Source: an uncultured bacterium (GTDB lineage Bacteria; Abyssobacteria; SURF-5). From it: 64,000 bases of DNA. Position 1 is the first letter of the stretch. Each line of letters opens with the position of its first letter. Of this stretch, positions 9,146 through 18,961 are shown piece after piece. A program made the translations under genes and the position numbers. The notes below the pieces were generated by a model that worked only from the letters and a program-made list of their open reading frames with translations, was not told the DNA's origin and did not search any database. Location of the stretch: positions 79,895 to 143,894 of the forward strand of contig CAZSKP010000009.1 in NCBI GenBank assembly GCA_964607485.1. Direction: 5' to 3'.

Positions 9146-10303
9146 ATGAAAAAGGGGGTTACAATCCTTGGCGCAACCGGTTCCGTCGGCAGAAACGCCC
9201 TCGCGGTGATCGATTCGCTCTCCGAGCAGTTCGAGGTTGTCGGGCTGACTGCCCGCTCAAACGCGCCCTTGCTTCGGGAGCTCATCGAGCGGTTTCGCCC
9301 GCGCTATGCGGCACTGGTAGACGAGGAAAAGGCGGCGGCCCTCAGGTCGAGCTGTCCCAAGGACACTCAGGTGCTCGGCGGACTCGAAGGCGTGCTCACC
9401 GTGGCGGCGGCGCCCGAGGCGCAGATTGTCCTTTCGGCAATCGTCGGCGCTGCGGGGCTTCGGCCGGTGCTGGCGGCCATCCGGCAAGGGAAAACCATCG
9501 CGCTCGCCAACAAGGAGCCGCTGGTGATGGCGGGCGCCATCATCACATCGCTCGCCGACGAGTTCAACGCCCCTTTGATACCGGTGGACAGCGAGCACAG
9601 CGCCATATTCCAATGTCTGTGCGGAAACAGAAATCAGAAGATTCACAAGATAGTCCTCACCGCTTCGGGCGGGCCGTTTTACGGCATGAGCATCGATGCG
9701 CTCGAAAACGTGACGCCGGAACAGGCGCTCGAACACCCGACGTGGAGCATGGGCGCGAAGATAAGCGTGGACTCCGCCACGTTGATGAACAAGGGTTTGG
9801 AAGTCATCGAAGCGCACTGGCTGTTCGGAGTTGACGTCGAAAACATCGAGGTCGTCATCCATCCCGGCAGCGTGGTTCATTCGATGGTCGAATTCATAGA
9901 CGGCTCGATAATCGCTCAACTGGGCCGGAGCGACATGAGGCTGCCCATTCAGTACGCCCTCACCTATCCGGACCGGATGGAATGCAAGATGGAACGACTC
10001 AACATAACCGAAGTTTCGCCCATCGAGTTCTTCCCGCCGTCGCTCGAAAAGTTCCCGTGTCTCAGGCTTGCCTACGAGGCGGCGAAGATGGGAGGCACGA
10101 TGCCGGCCGTCCTGAACGCGGCCAACGAGGTGGCGGTGGATGAGTTTCTTAAGCGCAGGCTGCGCTTTTGCGACATACCGGCCGTCATAGAGCACGTGAT
10201 GAGCGAGCATCTGCCCGTGTCCGAGCCCGCTCTGGACGACATCCTGGCCGCGGATGGGTGGGCGCGCGAAAGCGCGAAGGCCTGCCAAAGGAGTTATCAG
10301 TGA
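9146..10303 (+). CDS. dxr: 1-deoxy-D-xylulose-5-phosphate reductoisomerase
   Basis: LGATGSVG, LANKE, PVDSEHSAIFQ, LTASGGPF, HPTWSMGAKISVDSATLMNKGLE, NAANEVAV. Confidence 0.98.
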   Translation: MKKGVTILGATGSVGRNALAVIDSLSEQFEVVGLTARSNAPLLRELIERFRPRYAALVDEEKAAALRSSCPKDTQVLGGLEGVLTVAAAPEAQIVLSAIVGAAGLRPVLAAIRQGKTIALANKEPLVMAGAIITSLADEFNAPLIPVDSEHSAIFQCLCGNRNQKIHKIVLTASGGPFYGMSIDALENVTPEQALEHPTWSMGAKISVDSATLMNKGLEVIEAHWLFGVDVENIEVVIHPGSVVHSMVEFIDGSIIAQLGRSDMRLPIQYALTYPDRMECKMERLNITEVSPIEFFPPSLEKFPCLRLAYEAAKMGGTMPAVLNAANEVAVDEFLKRRLRFCDIPAVIEHVMSEHLPVSEPALDDILAADGWARESAKACQRSYQ

Positions 10304-11952
10304 CACACGCTTCAGCCGCGTTTGAGTTCATGATCGGCCTCGGCCGCCTGTTGATTTTGCTCGGCGTGCTCGTGTTCGTTCACGAACTCGGCCACTTCCT
10401 GGCCGCCAAGCTGTGCAACGTGTACGTCGTGAGGCTTTCGCTCGGGTTCGGCAGGAGACTGTTCGGTTTCAAGAGGGGAGAGACCGACTACTGCATCTCG
10501 GCCATCCCGCTGGGAGGCTACGTGAAGATGGTGGGCCAGGAGGACATGCCGAGGAGCGCCGAGGAAACGGAACAGGCCGAGCCGGACCTGCCCGACATCC
10601 CTCCGGAAAGACGCTTCGACACCCAGCCGACTCGGAACAAGCTGGCCATCAGCTTCGCCGGCCCGCTCATGAACCTGCTGTTCGCCGTTCCCGTCCTGTG
10701 GGTGGTCTTCATGATTGGCATCCACGTGCCCATATTCGGCCAGTACACACGCATCGGCGCGGTCACCGAAGGCTCGCCGGCTGAACGGGCGGGCATCAAG
10801 GCCGGCCAGCGCGTGGTTTCGATTAACGGCGTCCCGGTCAGCAAATGGGAACAGGTCCAACTGAAGGTATTGACCAATGAAGGTAAGCCGCTCGAGCTGG
10901 AACTGGAAGACTTCTCGGGCGAGATAACCCATGCGACTGTCACGCCTACACGCATGGACGATTCGACGAGGGCATCGATCGGCATCGAACCCTTCGTTAC
11001 CGTGGCCATAAGGAACGTCGTGCCCGGCATGCCTGCCGCACGGAGCGGCCTCAAGCCGGGCGACGTCGTCCTCACCTATGATCATCAGACGCCGGATAAC
11101 GAAAGCATGAGCTTGAGCAAGCTCATCGGGAAGGTGAACGAAAGCGCCGGCAAGCCGCTTGTGCTGACGGTTCTCAGGGACGGCCGAACGCTCGATGCGA
11201 CGGTTGTCCCCGAAAGCGTGAGCGTGATAGACGGCGTGGAATTCAACAACAATGTCGTTGCATATGTGGAGAAAGACGAAGCCGGTCCGGCGGCCTCGCT
11301 CCTGAAGCCGGAAGATGTCGTCACCGCAATCAACGGCGAACCGTTGCGAGAACACACCGCGGATTCGCTCACCAGAAGACTATTCAAGGATAAGGCCGAC
11401 ACGGTCGCGCTTACAGTCGAGAGGGATGTCGGATTCTTCCACGAGCTGGAGAGACTGAACGTCACCGTTCCGCTGACCCGGAAGGGCATGATCGGCGTCG
11501 CCTTCTCTCCGCTCGTGACGGAGAAGTTCGGGCCTGGCAGGGCGTTCATTAAGGGTCTGGGCGCGTTCGGCGATTCCTTCATGCTCGTACTGAAGACGAT
11601 CTATTATCTCGCCTCGGGGAAAGTAAGCACGAGGGAAATGGCGGGTCCCATAGGCATTGGCGTCCTGACCGAGCAAACCCTGAAACTGGGAATCGGCTAC
11701 TACCTCAACTTCGTGGCGTTCATCACGATAAACCTTGCGATACTGAACCTGCTGCCCATACCCATATTGGACGGCGGGCTGATTCTCATTACGCTCATCG
11801 AGCTGGTGCGCCGCCGGCCGCTCGACGAGAAGTACGTCATCCTGCTCCAAAAGGTTGGGCTTGCCTTCATTTTGTTGCTGGTGCTGGTTGCCACTTATAA
11901 CGACATACTCAGAGCCATCAAGTACTTCCTAGGTGGCGAATTCATAGAATAA
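10300..11952 (+). CDS. rseP: RIP metalloprotease RseP with multiple PDZ domains
   Basis: HELGH, AIPLGGYVKM, AGPLMN, NLLPIPILDGG. GTG 10300 overlaps the dxr stop (GTGA). Confidence 0.95.
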   Translation: MTHASAAFEFMIGLGRLLILLGVLVFVHELGHFLAAKLCNVYVVRLSLGFGRRLFGFKRGETDYCISAIPLGGYVKMVGQEDMPRSAEETEQAEPDLPDIPPERRFDTQPTRNKLAISFAGPLMNLLFAVPVLWVVFMIGIHVPIFGQYTRIGAVTEGSPAERAGIKAGQRVVSINGVPVSKWEQVQLKVLTNEGKPLELELEDFSGEITHATVTPTRMDDSTRASIGIEPFVTVAIRNVVPGMPAARSGLKPGDVVLTYDHQTPDNESMSLSKLIGKVNESAGKPLVLTVLRDGRTLDATVVPESVSVIDGVEFNNNVVAYVEKDEAGPAASLLKPEDVVTAINGEPLREHTADSLTRRLFKDKADTVALTVERDVGFFHELERLNVTVPLTRKGMIGVAFSPLVTEKFGPGRAFIKGLGAFGDSFMLVLKTIYYLASGKVSTREMAGPIGIGVLTEQTLKLGIGYYLNFVAFITINLAILNLLPIPILDGGLILITLIELVRRRPLDEKYVILLQKVGLAFILLLVLVATYNDILRAIKYFLGGEFIE

Positions 11953-11985
11953 CCGGTTCGACCTCATTCCCCGGATGCGAGAAAA

Positions 11986-13071
11986 ATGAAGCGAAGAAGA
12001 ACGCGAACGGTTTACCTCGGCAACGTGCCCGTCGGCAGCGGTCATCCTATCTCGATTCAATCGATGACCAAAACCGACACGCGCGATGCCGTCGCGACCG
12101 TCAACCAGATAAGAAGGCTCGAACAGGTGGGATGCGAAATCGTGCGAGTCGCCGTGCCCGACCTAGAGGCGGCCGACGCCCTGAAGGTTATCAAGAGCCG
12201 CATCTCGATCCCTCTCGTGGCCGACGTGCATTTCAACTATCGGCTCGCGCTCAAGGCGATGGAGCATGGGGCCGACGGCCTGCGCATCAATCCCGGCAAC
12301 ATAGGCGCGCGCGCGAACGTCGAGAAGGTCGTCAGGGCCGCCGCCGCGTCGAACGTGCCCATCAGGATCGGCGTCAACTCGGGCTCAATCGAAAAAGAGT
12401 TCCGAAAGCTCGTCAAGGGAGAGGGCAGGCAACTGATCGAAACGACCGCGCAGGCGATGGCGCAGAGCGCGCTCAAACACATCGCGATACTCGAAAAGAT
12501 GAAGTTCCACGACATAAAGGTTTCGCTCAAGGCGTCCGACGTGCCCACGACCCTGCTCGCCCACAAGCTTCTCGCGCGCGAATGCGATTACCCGTTCCAC
12601 ATCGGAATTACCGAGGCGGGCACGCTGCTGACCGGCGCGGTCAAGTCGGCCATCGGCATCGCCCTGCTGCTCTCGAAAGGCTACGGCGACACCGTGCGCG
12701 TCTCCCTCAGCGCTCCGCCCGAGCGCGAGGTGATGGTGGCGCGCACCATCCTCCGCTCGCTCGGCCTGCGCGAGCGGGGGGCGGAGGTCATAAGCTGTCC
12801 CACCTGCGGACGCTGCACCATAGACGTCGAGGGCATCGCGTCCGAGCTCGAGCAACGGCTCTCGGACGTCGAGGCCGCCATCAGCGTGGCCGTCATGGGA
12901 TGCGCCGTCAACGGGCCCGGCGAGGCGGCGCGGGCGGATTACGGCGTCGCGGGCGGACGCGGCAAGGGCGTCATCTTCCGTCACGGAAAGATAGTGTGCA
13001 GGAATATCGAAGAATCGAATATAATAGAAACTCTTATCGCTCACATAGCTGAACTGAGGGAACCCGATTGA
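11986..13071 (+). CDS. ispG: HMBPP synthase (flavodoxin/ferredoxin)
   Basis: IQSMT, RINPGNIG, RIGVNSGS, SCPTCGRC, MGCAVNGPGE. Confidence 0.98.
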   Translation: MKRRRTRTVYLGNVPVGSGHPISIQSMTKTDTRDAVATVNQIRRLEQVGCEIVRVAVPDLEAADALKVIKSRISIPLVADVHFNYRLALKAMEHGADGLRINPGNIGARANVEKVVRAAAASNVPIRIGVNSGSIEKEFRKLVKGEGRQLIETTAQAMAQSALKHIAILEKMKFHDIKVSLKASDVPTTLLAHKLLARECDYPFHIGITEAGTLLTGAVKSAIGIALLLSKGYGDTVRVSLSAPPEREVMVARTILRSLGLRERGAEVISCPTCGRCTIDVEGIASELEQRLSDVEAAISVAVMGCAVNGPGEAARADYGVAGGRGKGVIFRHGKIVCRNIEESNIIETLIAHIAELREPD

Positions 13072-14786
13072 TGCGCTGGAGCAAGGCTTACATTCCCACG
13101 ACCAAAGAAGACCCCGCCGAGGCGGAGACCGTCAGCCACAAACTGATGCTCCGAAGCGGCATGATAAAGAAGGTGGGCTCGGGCATCTATACGCTCCTCC
13201 CGCTCGGCCTCATCGTGACGCGCAAGGTCGAACAGATCGTCCGCGAGGAAATGAACCGCATCGGAGCGCTCGAGCTGTTCATGCCCGTGCTCAGCCCCGC
13301 CGAGCTGTGGAAGGAAACCGGCCGCTGGAACGTTTACGGCGACGAGCTGATGCGGCTGAAGGACCGCCACAGCCGCGATTTCGTGCTCGGCCCGACACAC
13401 GAAGAGGTCATCACCGACCTCGTGCGGGGCCGCGTGCGTTCGTATCGGCAGCTTCCGCTCACGCTCTATCAAATCCAGACGAAGTTCCGCGACGAGATCC
13501 GCCCGCGCTTCGGCGTGGTGCGCGGCCGCGAATTCATCATGAAGGACGCCTACAGCTTCAACCGGGACGAACAGTGCCTGGACAAAACGTACCGGGACAT
13601 GTACGGAGCGTACGAGGCGGTCTTCCGCAGGTGCGGCCTGCGGTTCAGGCCGGTGCTGGCCGATTCGGGCGCCATCGGAGGAGACCTCACGCACGAGTTC
13701 ATGGTGCTCGCCGACACCGGAGAGTCGCGCGTGATAAGCTGCCCGAGCGACGAATGCGCATACGCCGCCACCGACGAGACGGCGGAATCGATCATAGAAA
13801 ATTCCGCTTCCGACGACAAACACCTCCCCCTCTCGGAAGTGCACACGCCCAACATGAAGACCGTCGAGGAAGTGTGCTCGTTCCTCAAGACCGACCCCCG
13901 AAGGCTGGTCAAGACCATCCTCTACAAGGCCGACGGCGAGGTCGCCGGGGCGCTTATCCGTGGCGACCGCGAGATAAGCGAGCCCAAGCTGCGCCGCGCA
14001 CTGGGGGTCGATGTGCTGACGATGGCCGATGCGGATACGGTGCGCGGGCTCACGGGCGCGGAGGTCGGTTTCGCCGGACCGGTCGGCCTGAAGGATGTGA
14101 AGCTGATAGCCGACCGGACCGTCACGAAGATGGCAAACTTCATCACCGGCGCAAACAGGACCGACTACCATCTGACCAACGTCAACTGCAACCGTGATTT
14201 CTCGCCCCAGCTCGTCGATGACATAACGGTCGCCGCCTCGGGCGACAAATGCATCCGCTGCGGCCGCACGCTGACCGAGTATCGCGGCATTGAGGTGGGC
14301 CAGGTGTTCAAGCTGGGAAAGAAATACAGCATCGCAATGAACGCCACGTTCAACGACGAGAACGGCGCGGAGGTGCCGTTCACGATGGGCTGCTACGGAA
14401 TCGGAATCACCCGCACCGTCGCGGCGGCCATCGAGCAGAACCACGATGAGAACGGAATAATATGGCCGCCGTCCATCGCGCCGTACCAGGTGCTCATCAC
14501 GCCCGTTGCGGTCGGAGACGAGGCAATAATGTCGGCCGCCGAGCGCATCTACTCGGAGCTCTGCGAAAAGGGCGTCGAAGTTCTACTGGACGACCGCGAC
14601 GAGAGACCAGGCGTGAAGTTCAAGGACGCCGACCTCGTCGGCATCCCGCTCCGCGTCACCGTCGGCTCGCGCGGCCTCAAGCAGGGGAAGGTCGAAATCC
14701 GCATACGCCGCACCGGCGAAGACCGCGATACGCCGCTCGCAGACGCGGTGGAGAACATCATAAAATTGTTAAGCGAGGTCAATTGA
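13068..14786 (+). CDS. proS: Proline--tRNA ligase (bacterial type with INS editing domain)
   Basis: LGPTHEE, QTKFRDEIRPRFG, GIEVGQVFKLG, MGCYGIG, DDRDERPGVKFKDADLVG. Confidence 0.98.
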   Translation: MMRWSKAYIPTTKEDPAEAETVSHKLMLRSGMIKKVGSGIYTLLPLGLIVTRKVEQIVREEMNRIGALELFMPVLSPAELWKETGRWNVYGDELMRLKDRHSRDFVLGPTHEEVITDLVRGRVRSYRQLPLTLYQIQTKFRDEIRPRFGVVRGREFIMKDAYSFNRDEQCLDKTYRDMYGAYEAVFRRCGLRFRPVLADSGAIGGDLTHEFMVLADTGESRVISCPSDECAYAATDETAESIIENSASDDKHLPLSEVHTPNMKTVEEVCSFLKTDPRRLVKTILYKADGEVAGALIRGDREISEPKLRRALGVDVLTMADADTVRGLTGAEVGFAGPVGLKDVKLIADRTVTKMANFITGANRTDYHLTNVNCNRDFSPQLVDDITVAASGDKCIRCGRTLTEYRGIEVGQVFKLGKKYSIAMNATFNDENGAEVPFTMGCYGIGITRTVAAAIEQNHDENGIIWPPSIAPYQVLITPVAVGDEAIMSAAERIYSELCEKGVEVLLDDRDERPGVKFKDADLVGIPLRVTVGSRGLKQGKVEIRIRRTGEDRDTPLADAVENIIKLLSEVN

Positions 14787-17455
14787 TGCAGAAGACGATT
14801 CCAAAAGTGTATGACCCCCATGCGGTCGAAGAGAAATGGTACCGGCGCTGGGTCGACAGGGGTCTCTTCCACTCCGAGCCCGACCCGAAAAGGAACCCCT
14901 ATTGCATCGTCATCCCTCCGCCGAACGTGACCGCCGAACTGCACATGGGGCACGCATATAACAATACCATCCAGGACATCTTCATACGGTACCATCGGAT
15001 GCGCGGCGACGAAACCATGTGGATGCCCGGCACCGACCACGCCGGCATCGCGACGCAGAACGTCGTCGAGCGCAGCTTGGCGAAGGAGGAAGGGCTGACG
15101 CGGCACGACCTAGGCCGGGAGGAATTCGTCGAGCGCGTGTGGCGGTGGCGTGAGAAATACGGCTCGACCATCATCTCCCAGCTCAAGCGCCTCGGCTGCT
15201 CATGCGACTGGGACCGCGAGCGATTCACAATGGACGAGGGCCTGTCGAAGGCCGTCATCGAGGTGTTCGTGAGGCTGTACGAGAAGGGATTGGTCTATCG
15301 GGGCACGTACATAATCAACTGGTGTCCTCGCTGCCACACCGCTCTCAGCGACGAGGAGGCACTCCACCAGGAGCATGAGGGAAGCTTGTGGCACGTCCGG
15401 TATCCCATAAAGGGCGGCGACGGGTTCGTCGTCGTCGCGACCACCCGGCCGGAGACGATGCTCGGCGACACGGCTGTGGCCGTTAACCCGGCCGACGAGC
15501 GCCATCGCGGACTTGTGGGCAAGGCCGCCGTCCTGCCGGTCATAGGCCGCGAGCTGCCGATAATCGCGGACGAGTACGTGGACCCGTCATTCGGGACGGG
15601 AGTGGTCAAGGTCACGCCGGCGCACGACCCGAACGACTACCTTATCGGACAGAGGCACAATCTTCCGTCCGTCAACATACTCAACGAGGACGCCACCCTG
15701 AACGAAAATGCCGGCCCGTACAAAGGCTACGACAGGTTCAAGTGCCGCGAGGAGTTGGTGGAACAGCTCAAGGCGGAGGGGCTGCTCGAAAAAGTCGAGC
15801 GGCACACTCACGCCGTTGCGCACTGCCAGCGGTGCGACACGATTCTGGAGCCCTTCCTGTCCGAGCAGTGGTTCGTAAAGACCAAGCCGCTCGCCGAACC
15901 TGCGCTCAAGGCGGTCACGGACGGCCGCATCAAGTTCTACCCCGAGAAATGGACGAAGGTGTACGTGGGCTGGATGGAAAACATCCGCGACTGGTGCATC
16001 TCGCGCCAGTTGTGGTGGGGGCATCGCATACCCGTCTATTACTGCGACCAGTGCGGCCACATGATGGTCAGGCGCGACGCGCCGGAAGAGTGCGAGAAGT
16101 GTTCGTCGCGCAAGATTCTGCAGGATGAGGACGTGCTCGACACGTGGTTCTCCTCGTGGCTCTGGCCGTTCAGCACGATGGGCTGGCCCGACAAGACGCC
16201 CGAGCTCGATTATTACTATCCCACCCAGCTCCTCGTCACTGCGGCCGAGATAATCTTCTTCTGGGTGGCCAGAATGATCATGGCGGGAATGGAATTCATG
16301 GGCGACATCCCGTTCTCCGACGTGTACATCAACGGGACGGTTCGGGACGAAATCGGCCGAAAAATGAGCAAATCCCTCGGCAACGGCATCGACCCTCTGC
16401 TCATGATAGACAGATACAGTGCCGACGCCGTCCGGTTTTCTCTTATGATGCTGGCCTCGGAGGGACAGGACCTGAACCTTTCCGAAAGCCGCTTCGAGAT
16501 GGGCCGAAACTTCTCGAACAAGATATGGAACGCTTACCGCTTTCTCGCGCTCAGCGCGGGCGACCTCCCCTCCGGCCCGAGGCCGACCGACGTGGCCGAC
16601 CTGCCCGAGGAGGAACTCGCCGACCGATGGATAAAGAGCCGATACTACCGCACCGTCAGAACGGTCACCGACGGCCTCGAACAGTACCGGCTGCACGAAG
16701 CGATAACGTCCATTTATGATTTCTTCTGGCACGACTACTGCGACTGGTACCTGGAACTTATCAAGGGGCGCGCAAGCGGCGACGCCGGCCCGGAGTCGAG
16801 GTCGGCCGCGCTGGAACTGGCCGCCGGCCTGATGGAAGGCTCGATGGCGCTGCTGCACCCGTTCATGCCGTTCCTCACAGAGGAAATATGGCAGAACCTC
16901 GACAACCACGACGAAGCCGACAGCATCATGGTGAGCCCGTGGCCTTCCGGACGCGACGAGGCCGTCGACGCCGACATCGAGGCCCGAATGCAGGTGCTCC
17001 AGGACACGGTCAACGCGATACGCAACATCCGGGGCGAGATGAGCGTGCCGCCGGGCAAGAAGATTCGGGTAGTCCTCAAGGTTGCCGACGAACAAACCGC
17101 CCGCCTGCTGGACACACATGGCCACTACATCGGCACGCTCGCGCGCACCGAAGAGATTACCATCGCACCGTCCCCGAAAATCCCGAAACCTGCGGCGCGG
17201 GCGTTTCTGCCCGGCATCGAAGTGCATGTCCCGCTCGCGGGAATCATAGACATCGCCAAGGAAGAGGCGCGACTGAAAAAAGAGCTTGGCCGCGTGGAGG
17301 CCGAAATCGCCGCCAACGACTCGAAGCTCGCGAACAAGAAGTTCCTTTCCAAGGCTCCGGAACATGTCGTCCGGTCCACACGCGAGAAGAGGGAAGAGTT
17401 GGTCCAGAAGGCTGAAAAAATCAAGCACAGCCTCGACCAACTGCATGAATCGTAG
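14786..17455 (+). CDS. valS: Valine--tRNA ligase
   Basis: PPPNVTAELHMGH, DWCISRQLWWGH, KMSKS, C-terminal coiled coil. The true start ATG 14786 overlaps the proS TGA. Confidence 0.98.
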   Translation: MQKTIPKVYDPHAVEEKWYRRWVDRGLFHSEPDPKRNPYCIVIPPPNVTAELHMGHAYNNTIQDIFIRYHRMRGDETMWMPGTDHAGIATQNVVERSLAKEEGLTRHDLGREEFVERVWRWREKYGSTIISQLKRLGCSCDWDRERFTMDEGLSKAVIEVFVRLYEKGLVYRGTYIINWCPRCHTALSDEEALHQEHEGSLWHVRYPIKGGDGFVVVATTRPETMLGDTAVAVNPADERHRGLVGKAAVLPVIGRELPIIADEYVDPSFGTGVVKVTPAHDPNDYLIGQRHNLPSVNILNEDATLNENAGPYKGYDRFKCREELVEQLKAEGLLEKVERHTHAVAHCQRCDTILEPFLSEQWFVKTKPLAEPALKAVTDGRIKFYPEKWTKVYVGWMENIRDWCISRQLWWGHRIPVYYCDQCGHMMVRRDAPEECEKCSSRKILQDEDVLDTWFSSWLWPFSTMGWPDKTPELDYYYPTQLLVTAAEIIFFWVARMIMAGMEFMGDIPFSDVYINGTVRDEIGRKMSKSLGNGIDPLLMIDRYSADAVRFSLMMLASEGQDLNLSESRFEMGRNFSNKIWNAYRFLALSAGDLPSGPRPTDVADLPEEELADRWIKSRYYRTVRTVTDGLEQYRLHEAITSIYDFFWHDYCDWYLELIKGRASGDAGPESRSAALELAAGLMEGSMALLHPFMPFLTEEIWQNLDNHDEADSIMVSPWPSGRDEAVDADIEARMQVLQDTVNAIRNIRGEMSVPPGKKIRVVLKVADEQTARLLDTHGHYIGTLARTEEITIAPSPKIPKPAARAFLPGIEVHVPLAGIIDIAKEEARLKKELGRVEAEIAANDSKLANKKFLSKAPEHVVRSTREKREELVQKAEKIKHSLDQLHES

Positions 17456-17524
17456 CGCTGCGGCTTATGCGGCGGAGGGTGTGCAGCGTCCTTAGGGGGA
17501 TGCGTCGGACAGAGGGTGATAAAG

Positions 17525-18058
17525 ATGAAGACCGAATGCGTACGATGCCACAAGGAGATAGACACGGTCCAAGGATACAAATTCAGCGCGACCGAGTACC
17601 TGTGTATGGCCTGCTATGACGCATACAAGGCCGAGCGCGCCGCAAGGGCCAGGAAACAACACAAGAACCCCCTGATCGATCAGTTCGGAACCGAAACCGC
17701 CGCGCCGCCCGCCCCGCAGCAAACACGCCCGCCAGTCGCTCCGAAACCCCAGCCGCCTCCCGAACCCGCGCCGCCGCCTGCGGCCCCGCAACCGCCACCC
17801 GCTCAGCCGGCGCCTGAGCCCGTCCGCGCCGCTGCTCCCGCCGCCGAGCCCCCAAAGCCGCCTCCTGCGCAACCGACGCCTGGGGCGGAGGTGTGCGACG
17901 TCTGCAAGAAGCCCCTGTCGGACTTCAAGGTTCCGCTCAAGGGCGGCAAGAAAGTCTGCTGGGACTGCAACGGCGTCCTGCGCGAGGTCGCAAAATCTCT
18001 CATCCTCAATATTCAATGCCCCCACTGCGGCAAAGAAATCCAGATGGCGCAGGACTGA
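17525..18058 (+). CDS. Hypothetical zinc-binding protein with Pro/Ala-rich linker
   Basis: Five CxxC pairs (CVRC, CMAC, CDVC, CWDC, CPHC) split by a long proline-rich segment. Confidence 0.7.
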   Translation: MKTECVRCHKEIDTVQGYKFSATEYLCMACYDAYKAERAARARKQHKNPLIDQFGTETAAPPAPQQTRPPVAPKPQPPPEPAPPPAAPQPPPAQPAPEPVRAAAPAAEPPKPPPAQPTPGAEVCDVCKKPLSDFKVPLKGGKKVCWDCNGVLREVAKSLILNIQCPHCGKEIQMAQD

Positions 18059-18087
18059 TGCGTCCCCGCCCCGCAGCTTAGCGCCGC

Positions 18088-18933
18088 CTACTGGCCGCCC
18101 GGACGATGCCCCTGCATCCGCGCAAGCACCCGCCCGAGAGTCGGAATGCCCTCGGTTCCCTCTTTCTCGCACACGAACGATGCCGCGCAACATGCGAAAT
18201 CCGCCGCCTGGACGGCGTCGCCGCATTCGCGATACCTGACGAGAAACGCCGCGGCAAACACGTCGCCCGCACCCGTCGGGTCGATCTCTTCTATCTCATA
18301 GGCGGGCACGTGTATCCTCTTGCGTTCGGTGAAAAGGTCGGCCCCGCGGCTGGATTGCGTGACTATCACAATCGGCGCGAGGCTCGCGATCTCTTCCGCA
18401 AACGCGTAGGGCTCATCCAGGTCGAGCTCGCTGAACACAACCGCGTCGACATGAGCAACCACGTCCGCGGCGTCCGCCCATTTCTTCTTCCTCACCCGCC
18501 CGGCTTCGTCCCATTTCCGCAGCCAGCCTTGCGCGCCGATTCCGATGAGCGAATTGGGAAAGCGCCCGACGACATCGGGCATGATTTCATCCGCGACCGG
18601 GCAGAGGTACACGATGTCCGCATTCGTCCAATGGTCGGGGATATGGGCGGCGCGAATGGAGGGGGCGACGTCGGTTACAAACTGCTCGCGGACTCCGTCG
18701 CGATATATGTTTCTAAACGTCGTCGTTGTCGGCGAACCGATATTCTCAATGGAAATACCCTGAAAGGCTTCTCCAAACGGAAAGTCGTCGGCGACCGCCG
18801 TCACGACACCGACGGCATGACTCAAGCCTCTGGCGGTAAGGCTCGCGTAAGAAGCGGAACCGCCAACTATCCGGCGGCCATTTACTACGTCGCAGCAAAG
18901 GTGTCCGACCGTCAGGAAATTGGGAGAATTCAC
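18088..18933 (-). CDS. PfkB/ribokinase-family carbohydrate kinase
   Basis: GGAGG RBS then GTG 18933; GHLCCD...GGSASY, and the PfkB signature DPTGAGDVFAAAF. Confidence 0.88.
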   Translation of the reverse strand: MNSPNFLTVGHLCCDVVNGRRIVGGSASYASLTARGLSHAVGVVTAVADDFPFGEAFQGISIENIGSPTTTTFRNIYRDGVREQFVTDVAPSIRAAHIPDHWTNADIVYLCPVADEIMPDVVGRFPNSLIGIGAQGWLRKWDEAGRVRKKKWADAADVVAHVDAVVFSELDLDEPYAFAEEIASLAPIVIVTQSSRGADLFTERKRIHVPAYEIEEIDPTGAGDVFAAAFLVRYRECGDAVQAADFACCAASFVCEKEGTEGIPTLGRVLARMQGHRPGGQ

Positions 18934-18961
18934 AAACGCCTCCGGGGTGACCGAGCCGTGA

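Noticed and set aside
14462-14785. Apparent N-terminal extensions of ValS (also RseP 10168-10299, ActA 54389-54760, HAD 32772-32978)
   Set aside because: They overlap upstream genes in another frame; coupled starts at the stop codons fit better.
15587-17446. Long antisense ORFs (619 aa here; also 13041-14444, 9257-10306, 19734-20789, 27163-28197)
   Set aside because: Shadows of high-GC genes on the opposite strand, with no motifs or RBS.
17690-17890. CCG/GCC-rich repetitive DNA as a tandem repeat or CRISPR array
   Set aside because: It is the coding sequence of the proline-rich linker, with no fixed repeat-spacer period.
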